From NCBI GenBank assembly GCA_041690295.1, contig JAWLHR010000021.1, positions 1-55,579 on the forward strand: a stretch of 55,579 bases of DNA, in the 5' to 3' direction. A program made the position numbers and the translations under genes. A model generated the notes under the pieces. That model saw only the letters and a list, made by a program, of their open reading frames with translations. It searched no databases and had not been told where the DNA came from. Positions 20,031 to 29,351 of this stretch are shown here, one piece after another. Source of the DNA: Bdellovibrionales bacterium. Lineage in GTDB: Bacteria > Bdellovibrionota > Bdellovibrionia > Bdellovibrionales > UBA1609. Numbering within the stretch: position 1 is the stretch's first letter; each line of letters opens with the position of its first letter.

Positions 20031-20773
20031 CGCCGATGAACGTTTTGAACGCCGGCCTGATCGGTGGGAAAAAGAACAATCTCTTGAATATTAACGTGCG
20101 CCGGCCGCGTGAGACTCCAAAGAATCGCGTCGGCGACATCCTCGGCGGTTAACGGTTTCATTCCTTGATAAACCGCCTTGGCCTTATTCACATCGCCCAA
20201 CCGCACTTGGGAAAATTCGGTTTCAACCATGCCCGGTTCGATATTGGTGACGCGAATGGGAGTGCCGAGCAGATCCATTCTCAAACCTTCGGAGATCGCC
20301 CGAACCGCGAACTTGGTTCCGCAATAAACGGCGCCCCCGGGATAAGCCCATCTTCCCGCCACGGAACCGACATTCACGATATGCCCATGGCCCCGCTCGA
20401 TCATTCCGGGCAGAAAGGCGCGGGTCAGGTAAAGAAGCCCTTTGATATTCGTGTCGATCATTTGCTCCCAATCACCGGGATCGCCTTTGAACACGGGATC
20501 GACGCCTTTAGCTAAACCGGCGTTGTTGATGAGAACCTCTAAATCCAATCCGGCGAATTTTTCCGCCATGGATTTGATTTGCGAGTTTTGGCGGACATCC
20601 AAAACATGGACTTCAACGAGCCTGCCGGTTTCCCGCTTTAATTTCTTTTCCAGCTGGAGCAGCCGGTCTTCACGGCGCGCGACCAGAACTAAATCATATC
20701 CGTTTTTCGCCAACAGGGCCGCCGTGGCCTCGCCGATTCCACTGCTCGCGCCCGAAATCAACGCCCATGCCAT
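20027..20773 (-). CDS. NADP-dependent short-chain dehydrogenase (YdfG-like)
   Basis: GASSGIG, NNAG, YCGTK, EPGMVETEFS and PAHVNI. Confidence 0.9.
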   Translation of the reverse strand: MAWALISGASSGIGEATAALLAKNGYDLVLVARREDRLLQLEKKLKRETGRLVEVHVLDVRQNSQIKSMAEKFAGLDLEVLINNAGLAKGVDPVFKGDPGDWEQMIDTNIKGLLYLTRAFLPGMIERGHGHIVNVGSVAGRWAYPGGAVYCGTKFAVRAISEGLRMDLLGTPIRVTNIEPGMVETEFSQVRLGDVNKAKAVYQGMKPLTAEDVADAILWSLTRPAHVNIQEIVLFPTDQAGVQNVHRR

Positions 20774-20775
20774 TT

Positions 20776-21189
20776 TTATTTGACCTTGAATGACCGAAAG
20801 GGATTCGGAAGTAAATCTTTAAACCGCATGATCTTGGTGATGGCTTTCTCATTGCCCAGGTATACCGGCATATCGTCGCCGGCGAATTCGGCCAAAGCCT
20901 GAAGGCAGAGCCCGCAGGGCACCGTGGGCTTTTTCTCGCCGGTGACCACGATCAGAAATTCAGGTTTGATTCGGCCGTGTTCGGAGACCGCCCGCCCGAT
21001 GGCCGCCCGTTCGGCACAAATGGTGGCGCCAAAGCTGGCATTCTCCACATTACACCCGGTGACGGGCTCGGCCACGCCTTTGATTTTTAATGCGGCCCCC
21101 ACTTTGAATTTTGAATAGGGCGAATGGGAGCGCTGTCTGGCCTTTAAAGCCGCTTTAAACGCGGATTGTACGTCTTTCGTTAACTTCAT
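20776..21189 (-). CDS. cdd: Cytidine deaminase (homotetrameric type)
   Basis: PYSKFKVGAA, GCNVENASFG, CAER and PCGLC. Confidence 0.93.
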   Translation of the reverse strand: MKLTKDVQSAFKAALKARQRSHSPYSKFKVGAALKIKGVAEPVTGCNVENASFGATICAERAAIGRAVSEHGRIKPEFLIVVTGEKKPTVPCGLCLQALAEFAGDDMPVYLGNEKAITKIMRFKDLLPNPFRSFKVK

Positions 21190-21270
21190 GATCCCATTCA
21201 TTTTATAGCGGTTGCATGCGGGTTGGACATGTACTAATCCATGACTGACGCAAAGCTCTATTGAGGGTTC

Positions 21271-22170
21271 ATGAAAACGGAGACTCAAAAATTAACCGAT
21301 GTCGCTCTCGAGCGGCCGGAAAACGCCTGGGCCTTGCCGCTTTCCGAAGTTGGCCTGGAAAAGGTTCAAACCGTCGTCCTTTTTAAGGGCCAAAAGCAAA
21401 AGGCTCTGGTGGATGTCTCGGTTTCTTTGGACGATGCGAACGCCCGGGGCATTCATATGTCGAGACTTTATAAAGTGGTCTCGAAGCTCGCGGCGCAGGA
21501 GCTGAATTGGGGTTGGCTCCACGCCAACCTCGACGAAATTCTTCTCACGCATCAGGGGCTCTCGAACACCGGCCGCTTGCGCGTGCATTTTGAAGCTCCC
21601 GTTTCAAGGCCTTCGCTCTTATCGGCGGAAAGCGGCTGGCGGACCTATCCCCTGACCTTCGAGGTGAGCCATGACAGCCGAGGGCGCCATTCCCGGCTTG
21701 GATTTGAGGTACTCTATTCCAGCACGTGCCCCTGCTCCACTTCGCTCAGCCAACAGGCGTTTCGCGAGGCGTTCGCGAGCACGTTTCGCGAGGACCGCTT
21801 GTCGAGAGAACAAATTCTCAACTGGCTGGAATCGGCCGAATCGATGGTGGCCACACCCCACGCTCAACGGAGCGAAGCTCGCTGCGATTTGATTTTTAAC
21901 CGCGGATCCGAAAGCGCGGACACTTTGCAATGGATCGATCTGGTGGAGATGACTTTGGGGACTCCCGTTCAGACGGCCGTGAAGCGTGAAGATGAGTTGG
22001 AATTCGCCCGGCTGAACGCCCGCCACCAGATGTTTTGCGAGGATGCGGCCAGAAAATTAAAGGCCGCTTTGTTAGAGCGGCCTGAGCTCGCGGACTTCAT
22101 GATCGAAGTCCGCCATTTTGAAAGTCTCCATGCCCACGACGTTGTCGCGCGGGCCCGGAAATTAGATTGA
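21271..22170 (+). CDS. folE2: GTP cyclohydrolase I type IB
   Basis: RGIHMSRL, TCPCS, TPHAQRS, VKREDE, FCEDAAR and ESLHAHD. Confidence 0.93.
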   Translation: MKTETQKLTDVALERPENAWALPLSEVGLEKVQTVVLFKGQKQKALVDVSVSLDDANARGIHMSRLYKVVSKLAAQELNWGWLHANLDEILLTHQGLSNTGRLRVHFEAPVSRPSLLSAESGWRTYPLTFEVSHDSRGRHSRLGFEVLYSSTCPCSTSLSQQAFREAFASTFREDRLSREQILNWLESAESMVATPHAQRSEARCDLIFNRGSESADTLQWIDLVEMTLGTPVQTAVKREDELEFARLNARHQMFCEDAARKLKAALLERPELADFMIEVRHFESLHAHDVVARARKLD

Positions 22171-22695
22171 AACGGATTGCTGTTCAGCTAAACAAGTTTC
22201 AAGCTCACGATCGTCGATGTTGGATTTGAACTGTTCAGCGACGGAAGTGGATTTGCACTTCGCGAAAGTCGTTACGTTTTCGATCAAAGCCGCGACATAA
22301 AGGCGGTCGCTCGCGGGCCAAGTGCGGATGTAATCAAATTCTCCGTTTTGATCGTTACGACCGAAAATATAAAGGTTGTTCAGTTCACCTTCCGAACGAT
22401 AAAAAGCAACCGTGTCCAAGTTTTCGCCGACGAGATAAGCCACTTCGCCCGACGGCAATTCACTCACCTTCGCTCCGTTTTCCAGATAGAACGCATAAGT
22501 CGTTGTCTCACCGTTCTTTTCCGGAATGTGGAACTTCACCACCACGGAATTTTCATCAACGGAAGCCTGCATGGAGGGCTTCGTCTCCGTAATTTTGTTT
22601 TGCTTGGCGGGTTTGCTACGGTGTTTTTGATTTGTGCAGGCGGAAACCGCGACCGCCAAAGTTAAAAGGCCAGCGGCCAAAATCTTTGCATTCAT
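22162..22695 (-). CDS. Hypothetical lipoprotein
   Basis: Lipobox AVSAC after a hydrophobic stretch; AAGGAG RBS. Confidence 0.75.
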   Translation of the reverse strand: MNAKILAAGLLTLAVAVSACTNQKHRSKPAKQNKITETKPSMQASVDENSVVVKFHIPEKNGETTTYAFYLENGAKVSELPSGEVAYLVGENLDTVAFYRSEGELNNLYIFGRNDQNGEFDYIRTWPASDRLYVAALIENVTTFAKCKSTSVAEQFKSNIDDRELETCLAEQQSVSI

Positions 22696-22755
22696 CTCGC
22701 ACTCCTTGCGTGAATCCTCTCCAACGTCATGTTGGATCTGAATGACAAGCCTGGG

Positions 22756-22771
22756 AGCAAGGGCAGTGCCA
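22756..22771 (-). promoter_or_regulatory. Sigma54 (-24/-12) promoter
   Basis: Minus strand TGGCACTGCCCTTGCT, near consensus, upstream of the lipoprotein gene. Confidence 0.75.
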
Positions 22772-22872
22772 TTTGGTTTTAACTGCCATAAGAAAAACTA
22801 AGGCGATTTTTCAGGGCCCGGCGAGGCGGGCATTGAAAAATCGCCATGATGAAGCCGAATCTTGTCCCCGAA

Positions 22873-23220
22873 TCAGGCGTTTTTAACGTAAGTGGAGCAG
22901 GAAGCCGTGGAGAACACGAATTGCGGCTTTTTGGGGTCGGTCAAAAGCTGACAGCGAGCGACCTTTTTGCCTTCAAAAGTGGTTTCGGACTTATCGTGAT
23001 TATAGAACCTGCAGGTATCGCATTTTCCCGCCGGCTTGGTCGGACAATATTTATTGGGCTGCTTGTCCGGCTGCTCACAATAATTGGGGATCGTGGCCGG
23101 TTGTCCTTCTCTTAAAACGTCCTTGGCGGTGACCTTGGGGGGCTCCGCTTGGACCTGCTTGAATACGGCCAGTCCACCCAAGAAGGCGGCGGTCGCACCC
23201 AAGAATTCTCTGCGTTTCAT
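22873..23220 (-). CDS. Tat-exported high-potential iron-sulfur protein (HiPIP)-like
   Basis: Tat motif KRREFL; ligand pattern KCDTCRFY ... CQLL ... V..TASCSTY. Confidence 0.8.
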   Translation of the reverse strand: MKRREFLGATAAFLGGLAVFKQVQAEPPKVTAKDVLREGQPATIPNYCEQPDKQPNKYCPTKPAGKCDTCRFYNHDKSETTFEGKKVARCQLLTDPKKPQFVFSTASCSTYVKNA

Positions 23221-23427
23221 TGGTGACTCCCTCGCTAAATGGTTATGTTTATTGAAAGTTAATTGAATATATCCTGATATGCCCGCCGAGGCATGCCGGC
23301 ATGCGGGATGCCTGAAAGCGCCCTTAGCTGCTCCCTAGATATTAAAATTTTTGCAGAATAAACAGGTATTTAATGCCTCGCACAAAAAAACCTGTTATAA
23401 GCCCGGCATCCCAACGGAGGCATCTCC

Positions 23428-26322
23428 TTGAACGCGTTAATGGTGAAATTGATGGCCATTGGCATCACGGTCACCCAGGTTTTCACCAAGCCTGTGGATC
23501 AGATCCGTGTTCAGTTTAATCCGCAAACGGATGAGGCCGCGGTTCACCAAATTCTTCGCGACGGCTGCGCCTACATGATGAAGCAGTTCGGCCAAGAACA
23601 GATCGATCTGGAGCCGCTTTTTCTCATGATGATTGAGAACACGAAGGCGGCCCAAAAAAAAGCCAAGGCTGAATCCGAACTCGACACGGAACTCGTGCCC
23701 AAAAAAGAAGAATCATTTTCCGAGCGGCTGTCCCGCCAGATCGATCTCGATCTGATGCTGAAAAGCTATAAGTTCTATTGCAAGAACGAAGCGAGCGAAG
23801 GGGCCGGCATTCAGCTCGCCGAAGTCATTACGTTTTATAACGAAGTGATGAAGGACTTGCCCGACGTTAAGCTCTTACGCGGTTACAAACTTCCCGAAAG
23901 CACCATCGTACTCGATGGCAATGGCCAAAGATTCAACGAAATATTCGGTGACGGCAATCGTCGGACCCACATTCCTCTTTCGGAAATTCCTGAACACGTG
24001 CGCAAAGCTTTTATCGCCGCCGAAGACAAATCCTTTTATCAACACAGTGGATTGGATATCCACGGCGTGATCCGCGCCTTCGCCTCGGCCCTGACCAGCG
24101 CCGGACGGCCGCAAGGCGGTTCCACGATCACTCAACAGGTCGTCAAAAATCTTCTTCTCAACGACGATCTCACCTTCGAGCGAAAAATGCGTGAGATGGT
24201 TCTGGCCGCGCGTCTTGAGAAGGTGTTGAGCAAAGATGAAATTCTCGAACTTTATCTCAATATGATTTATCTGGGCCGCTCTTCCTGGGGCATCGAAATG
24301 GCGGCGAAGAGTTATTTCGGCAAATCCGCCCGGGATTTGACCGTGGCCGAAGCCGCGCTCCTTGCGGGACTCACCAAGGGACCGAATTATTACAACCCGG
24401 CCAAAAACATGGAGCGGGCCAAAGACCGGCGGCAATACGTTCTCGGGCGCATGAAGGAAGATGGCTACATTGAGGATAACAGTTTTCAGACCGCCAACGC
24501 CCAAGGAATAGAGCTCGTGGAATTTGAAAGCCCGAGGCTCCGCGCGGGATTTTATTATCTCGACGCCATCGCCCGCCAGGCGAAGGAACTCGCCAATCTT
24601 GAGTTGAACAAAAGCTCCTACACCATTCAATCCACCATTCATACCCAACTTCAAAAAGCCGTCGAACGAAGCTTGCAAGACGGCCTCGCCAGTTACGAAG
24701 CCAGCACCGGGCGGAGAACTTGGAGTGAACCGCAAGGTTCAATCGCTGAAGATATCGAAAAATACCAAACCACCTGGCAGGCCGTTCTGCCCCAGGTGAA
24801 GGCGCGGATGTATGACGTGCAATGGACGCTCGCGGTCGTTCTGGATACCCGCCGTCCGCGTGTGGGATTGGCTGACGGCCGCGAACTGCCCTTGCAGGGT
24901 CCCGCCTCACACATCAAACGTTTTAAAGTTTACGATTTGATTTTCGTTTCATTGAAATCTTCGGGCCGTAACACCGTGGCCGAGTTGAAAATTCCACCGG
25001 ACGTCCAAGGCGCCGCGGTGGTCATTGAGAACAAGACGGGTCGAGTGCTCGCCATCACCGGCGGATTTTCCTACGCGGCCTCTCAGTTCAACCGCGCGAC
25101 GGACGCCCTTCGCCAGCCGGGTTCGACGTTAAAGCCCTTTATCTATCTCGCGGCACTGAACCTCGGCTACCAGCCCAACACGCTGATTCCCGATGTTCCG
25201 GTGCGTCTTCCTCCGATTGAAGCTCGCGGGGATTGGTGGTCGCCGAAAAACTATGATGGCGGATCCCGGGGCTTGGTCACGATCCGCCGGGCGGTCGAAC
25301 AATCTTTGAATCTGCCCACGGCCCGAATCATGTCGCAACTCGGGTCCTCACCCCGCGAAGGACTGGCTTATGTTCAGGACATCACGAAACGGCTTGGGCT
25401 TTATGAAGAGACCGTTAAATATTATCCCTGGGTTCTCGGCGCCCAGCCGGTTCGACTCTTGGATCTGGCTTTGGCGTACGCCACCGTGGCCAATGACGGC
25501 TTGAAGCCTCAGGCCCATTTTTTTGATCGCATCGAAAGCAACGGCCAAGTCGTCTATCAGCGACCGCCTTCCACTTTGCGGCCGATGAATGAGATCCAGC
25601 GGGATTCGGTGCCGAACTCCTATCGCATCCCCTTTTATCAATTGCGGCGCATTCTCGAAGGCACATTGGAGCGGGGAACCGCCACGGCCATGAAATCCTT
25701 GGCCGGCAAAGTGGCCGGCAAAACCGGAACCAGCAACGACGAGAATGATGCGTGGTTCGTGGGATTCACTAAAGACATCACCGTGGCCGTTTGGGTGGGA
25801 TATGACAGCCGCCGCATCCGCCGGGGTCTTGGTCACCGCTTTACCGGCGGCCGCGTGGCCTTGCCGATCGCTCAAAAAATCCTGGAGGCGTCGTTTGAGG
25901 TTTATAAACCCGCCGAACCTTTACCGCCGCCGCCGTCTGAAATTGTGTCGTTGATCGCCGAAGCGCCGGTCAACTTACTGACCGGACAGGTCGGTGCGGG
26001 ACAATTTCGTGAAGTCTTCCGCCGTGATCCGAGCGGGCGCTATGTGATCAATTCACGCACCCGGCTCTTGCGCGGCCATGAAGTGGCGCTAGGATATCGC
26101 CAAGGGCCGAGTGAAGAAGACAATCCGTTCGGCGCTCCCAGCTGGGATCCGCGCTTTGGTGGTTGGCCGCCTTATGCTCCCCGAATGCCGGGACCGCCGC
26201 CGGGATACTATAATCCGGGCGCGGAGAACCCGTATGAAATGGGCCGGCGCCGGCGAAGACAAGTTGATCCGTTTTTCGGTTATCCACCTTTTTTTAGAGG
26301 ATTTCCATTAGGAGGACCATAA
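23428..26322 (+). CDS. Class A penicillin-binding protein (transglycosylase/transpeptidase, PBP1A-like)
   Basis: TG motifs EDKSFYQHSG, GGSTITQQ, RKMRE and KDEILELYLN; TP motifs STLK, SLN and KTGT. TTG start with a GGAGG RBS. Confidence 0.93.
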   Translation: MNALMVKLMAIGITVTQVFTKPVDQIRVQFNPQTDEAAVHQILRDGCAYMMKQFGQEQIDLEPLFLMMIENTKAAQKKAKAESELDTELVPKKEESFSERLSRQIDLDLMLKSYKFYCKNEASEGAGIQLAEVITFYNEVMKDLPDVKLLRGYKLPESTIVLDGNGQRFNEIFGDGNRRTHIPLSEIPEHVRKAFIAAEDKSFYQHSGLDIHGVIRAFASALTSAGRPQGGSTITQQVVKNLLLNDDLTFERKMREMVLAARLEKVLSKDEILELYLNMIYLGRSSWGIEMAAKSYFGKSARDLTVAEAALLAGLTKGPNYYNPAKNMERAKDRRQYVLGRMKEDGYIEDNSFQTANAQGIELVEFESPRLRAGFYYLDAIARQAKELANLELNKSSYTIQSTIHTQLQKAVERSLQDGLASYEASTGRRTWSEPQGSIAEDIEKYQTTWQAVLPQVKARMYDVQWTLAVVLDTRRPRVGLADGRELPLQGPASHIKRFKVYDLIFVSLKSSGRNTVAELKIPPDVQGAAVVIENKTGRVLAITGGFSYAASQFNRATDALRQPGSTLKPFIYLAALNLGYQPNTLIPDVPVRLPPIEARGDWWSPKNYDGGSRGLVTIRRAVEQSLNLPTARIMSQLGSSPREGLAYVQDITKRLGLYEETVKYYPWVLGAQPVRLLDLALAYATVANDGLKPQAHFFDRIESNGQVVYQRPPSTLRPMNEIQRDSVPNSYRIPFYQLRRILEGTLERGTATAMKSLAGKVAGKTGTSNDENDAWFVGFTKDITVAVWVGYDSRRIRRGLGHRFTGGRVALPIAQKILEASFEVYKPAEPLPPPPSEIVSLIAEAPVNLLTGQVGAGQFREVFRRDPSGRYVINSRTRLLRGHEVALGYRQGPSEEDNPFGAPSWDPRFGGWPPYAPRMPGPPPGYYNPGAENPYEMGRRRRRQVDPFFGYPPFFRGFPLGGP

Positions 26323-27302
26323 TGATCTTTTTAGTTTCATGGATGATCGCCAGCGCGGTCGCTGACGCTTCCACCATTTACGAATATCGCGAGAAACAAC
26401 TTCCGTTTAAAGAATGGGAACAAAAATTTCCCGCCGAAAAACAACTGCTCGGCCTTTTCCAAGGTTATTCCGAGCCCGTCGTGAAATATGTCGAGCACGG
26501 AATCCAAAAAACCCGCACGCAGGACCTGGTGGTTTATGTCAGTGAAATCAAGAGCACCATTCCCACGCCGGCCGCCCGGCTGAAACTGGAGAAAATGATT
26601 CAGCTGGAAAACATTCAGAAGCTCGATCCCGAGATCAAACACAAACTGATCTCGACGTCGGAGCTGATGCCGGCGGTCGCTGGGCGGGGAAATGTGGAAA
26701 ATTTCAAATGGTGCGATCCTGGCAATGGAAAAATCTATTTTAAGTTACCGGCACTTGAGCAGTCACTGGATCACTTGAACCGGCCCGGTCAGCCGTGGTG
26801 TTCTCCCGCTAAGCGCGCGGTTTGCGTGGAGTCCTGCTATATTTATCCAAAGGGAGTTCGAGCGCCGATCGCCGTTCATAACGGAGTCAGAATGGTTATG
26901 GGGAAGTCGCCGAAGGATTACGGCTCCGCCATGCAATGGGAAGTTCGCTATTTCCTCAGCGAAGCTGAATATGGCTCCAAAGTGCCACTCAAGCAGCTCA
27001 CCGGGATCAACACGCCGGTGCGCGGGCTTGTCGAGGTTAACATTTTTTACTTCAACCAGATTTTCCAATACGGAAAAATCCTGGCCGTCTTTCAGGAGCA
27101 CCCGTCAAATGCCAATGTCACGATGGCCACCACGTTCGTGGCCATGGGCATTCAATCTAAATATTGGCATGGTTACGGGGTGATCAGGGAATTCCTTAAA
27201 GGGCAATCCGACGAGTTCAACCCACCCACCGGTTTGCTTGCGGGAATTCCCGTGTTCTCGCAAAACATCGTCCGGCGCCTGAGCGATCTTTTGGGAGAGT
27301 AA
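26322..27302 (+). CDS. Secreted Cys-containing hypothetical protein coupled to the PBP
   Basis: TAATG overlap and AGGAGG RBS; short signal peptide; four Cys. Confidence 0.8.
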   Translation: MIFLVSWMIASAVADASTIYEYREKQLPFKEWEQKFPAEKQLLGLFQGYSEPVVKYVEHGIQKTRTQDLVVYVSEIKSTIPTPAARLKLEKMIQLENIQKLDPEIKHKLISTSELMPAVAGRGNVENFKWCDPGNGKIYFKLPALEQSLDHLNRPGQPWCSPAKRAVCVESCYIYPKGVRAPIAVHNGVRMVMGKSPKDYGSAMQWEVRYFLSEAEYGSKVPLKQLTGINTPVRGLVEVNIFYFNQIFQYGKILAVFQEHPSNANVTMATTFVAMGIQSKYWHGYGVIREFLKGQSDEFNPPTGLLAGIPVFSQNIVRRLSDLLGE

Positions 27303-27305
27303 AGC

Positions 27306-28148
27306 TTGCAGCCGGTTCTCGTCATTCACGGCGGCGCCGGCCGTCGCAAAGTCAGCGGAGATGAACTCGCCGACCTTCGCGAATCCCTCAGAGTCATTTT
27401 GGAGTCGAGCTATAAGATTTTGAAACGCGGCGGAAGTGCGCTGGCCGCCGTCACCGAAGCCGTGAGGTTACTTGAAGACGATCCCCGCTACAACGCTGGG
27501 CTCGGTTCCAAAATACAAAGTGACGGACACATTCGCATGAGCGCCTCGGTGATGGATGGCGAGCGCCGGCGCTTCGGTGGTTGCGTGAATGTGGAGCGGG
27601 TTAAAAATCCCGTTCTTTTGGCCAAAGCCTTGATGAACCAGGAGGATCGTGTTCTCAGCGGTCTCGGCGGAGAACGGTACGCGAAACAAATCGGGCTACC
27701 TTTCGCCTCGCCGTTCACCGCGAAACAACGTGAGCTGTTTCGTAAAAAAATGACGGGGAAAAGTGGCACGGTGGGCGCCGTGGCTCTCGATGTGAAAGGG
27801 CGGTTGGCCGCCGCCACATCCACCGGTGGACGAGGTTTTGAGTTTCCTTATCGCGTATCCGACTCACCCACAGTGGCCGGCAATTTCGCCACCAAGCGTG
27901 GGGCTGTTTCCGCCACGGGCACCGGCGAAGAGATCGTGGAAAGCGCTACGGCCGCGGCCATTTGCTCTTTACTCGATGCCGGATGGGATTTGAACAAAGC
28001 GGTGAATCGCGTGCTTAAAAATGCGCGCGCCCAAGGCGGAAACTTCGGCGTGATCGCGCTGGATCACAAAGGACGATTCGTCGCGCGCACCAATACGCCT
28101 TTTCTGACCTGGGGCGCGATGGGCGCGGATGGTCTTGAGATGATGTAA
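27306..28148 (+). CDS. iaaA: Isoaspartyl peptidase/L-asparaginase (Ntn hydrolase)
   Basis: IHGGAG, LEDDPRYNAG, cleavage site G|TVGAVALD, AATSTGG, RVSDS and ATGTGE. Confidence 0.9.
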   Translation: MQPVLVIHGGAGRRKVSGDELADLRESLRVILESSYKILKRGGSALAAVTEAVRLLEDDPRYNAGLGSKIQSDGHIRMSASVMDGERRRFGGCVNVERVKNPVLLAKALMNQEDRVLSGLGGERYAKQIGLPFASPFTAKQRELFRKKMTGKSGTVGAVALDVKGRLAAATSTGGRGFEFPYRVSDSPTVAGNFATKRGAVSATGTGEEIVESATAAAICSLLDAGWDLNKAVNRVLKNARAQGGNFGVIALDHKGRFVARTNTPFLTWGAMGADGLEMM

Positions 28149-28149
28149 T

Positions 28150-29226
28150 TCAATTCGTCCCGCGGGCTTCTTCGTTGAGGACGTTCAGATATTTCATCGG
28201 CGCCATTCGAAACCGAACCGGCGCGTACGACGGCTTCACGCCGTTATCCATCAACCGGCCGAACTGATAATCCAGAAAAATCTCCGCCAGACGCCGACAG
28301 GGTTCCAGGCGTTCTATCGCGCAGGACATCCGCGTGCGGCTGATAAAGGAGTTCGGTACCGGCTCAACCTCATGATGGGCCGAAAGCTCGCTCAACAACT
28401 CCTTTAAAACCTCGGCTTCCGGGCTGCTCGCGCCAACCTGTAAGATATCAATATGAACCGTGGGATGACCCGCCGTGATCGGTTGGCTCTGATTAAGGCG
28501 CGAGATTTCCCGCAAAACGGTTCCCAAAGTTTGCAATTCGGATCTATTCGATTTGAGATTCACCTGAATTCTGCGGCTTTGATCATCATCCTCAGGCAAT
28601 GTCATTTTCAACGAATAAACCACGAAGTGTTCCTCGCCGACGACTTCCACGAAGTGTGTGCCGCAATGCTCGATCAAGCCCGCCCAGCCTTTTTCTCGCA
28701 ATATTTCTTGCGCCTCGGGTGTCCAGTCGGCGTTCAGAAGGCGCACGGGTTTTGGCGATAAAACCATGGGAACGAAAAAGAGCTGGGTCTGGTTTTCCGG
28801 AATGGCCGTCGCCAGATTGTCTTTATAGAAGGAGACCGCGAGTCCGCGCGCCGATTGCAACCACGGTTCGTCCAGATTGTTTCTTGAGACTCCCGGGTAG
28901 CCAACCGGATAACTGAGTAAACCGGTCAACATATTGCGGATCGCCCGCTGCTCTTCCCGCATGAAATTCACTCCGCTGTGGCTTAGCCCCACACGTTCGG
29001 ATTTGATGTTGCGCAAGCAGGTTCTCCCGCTCTTAAATTCCAAACCTTTGTCGGCGTCGCGAGAGATATGAAATCCCTCACCCAGTTTGGGGTATTTCCC
29101 GAGCACCAAACCTTCCACCTGCAGAAATCCCAAATCGGCCATGGCAGAAGGAGAAGCGAAGACAAAGGCCAACGATGTAATAAAGGCGGAGATTGATAAG
29201 GACATAGATACAGATGCGTTAAGCAA
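28150..29226 (-). CDS. Secreted protein with a divergent MACPF-like signature
   Basis: Signal peptide ending SAMA; LGEGF..TCL, HCGTHFV, LQVG and a C-terminal C-x7-C pair. Start may be the ATG at 29205. Confidence 0.55.
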   Translation of the reverse strand: MLNASVSMSLSISAFITSLAFVFASPSAMADLGFLQVEGLVLGKYPKLGEGFHISRDADKGLEFKSGRTCLRNIKSERVGLSHSGVNFMREEQRAIRNMLTGLLSYPVGYPGVSRNNLDEPWLQSARGLAVSFYKDNLATAIPENQTQLFFVPMVLSPKPVRLLNADWTPEAQEILREKGWAGLIEHCGTHFVEVVGEEHFVVYSLKMTLPEDDDQSRRIQVNLKSNRSELQTLGTVLREISRLNQSQPITAGHPTVHIDILQVGASSPEAEVLKELLSELSAHHEVEPVPNSFISRTRMSCAIERLEPCRRLAEIFLDYQFGRLMDNGVKPSYAPVRFRMAPMKYLNVLNEEARGTN

Positions 29227-29351
29227 TTCCTATTCCGCACCGGATCAGAATTCTTCCCCTATGGCGGCTGAGCTTAGGTTCAATTTTTGTACGTCATCTG
29301 TTCCAAAAAGGGTTGAAACCCCGCAGGGGCTCCGTGAAAATGGAATTAATA

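Noticed and set aside
23291..23304. Perfect 14-bp palindrome GCATGCCGGCATGC between the HiPIP and PBP genes
   Set aside because: Single GC-rich occurrence with no recognisable regulator or second copy.
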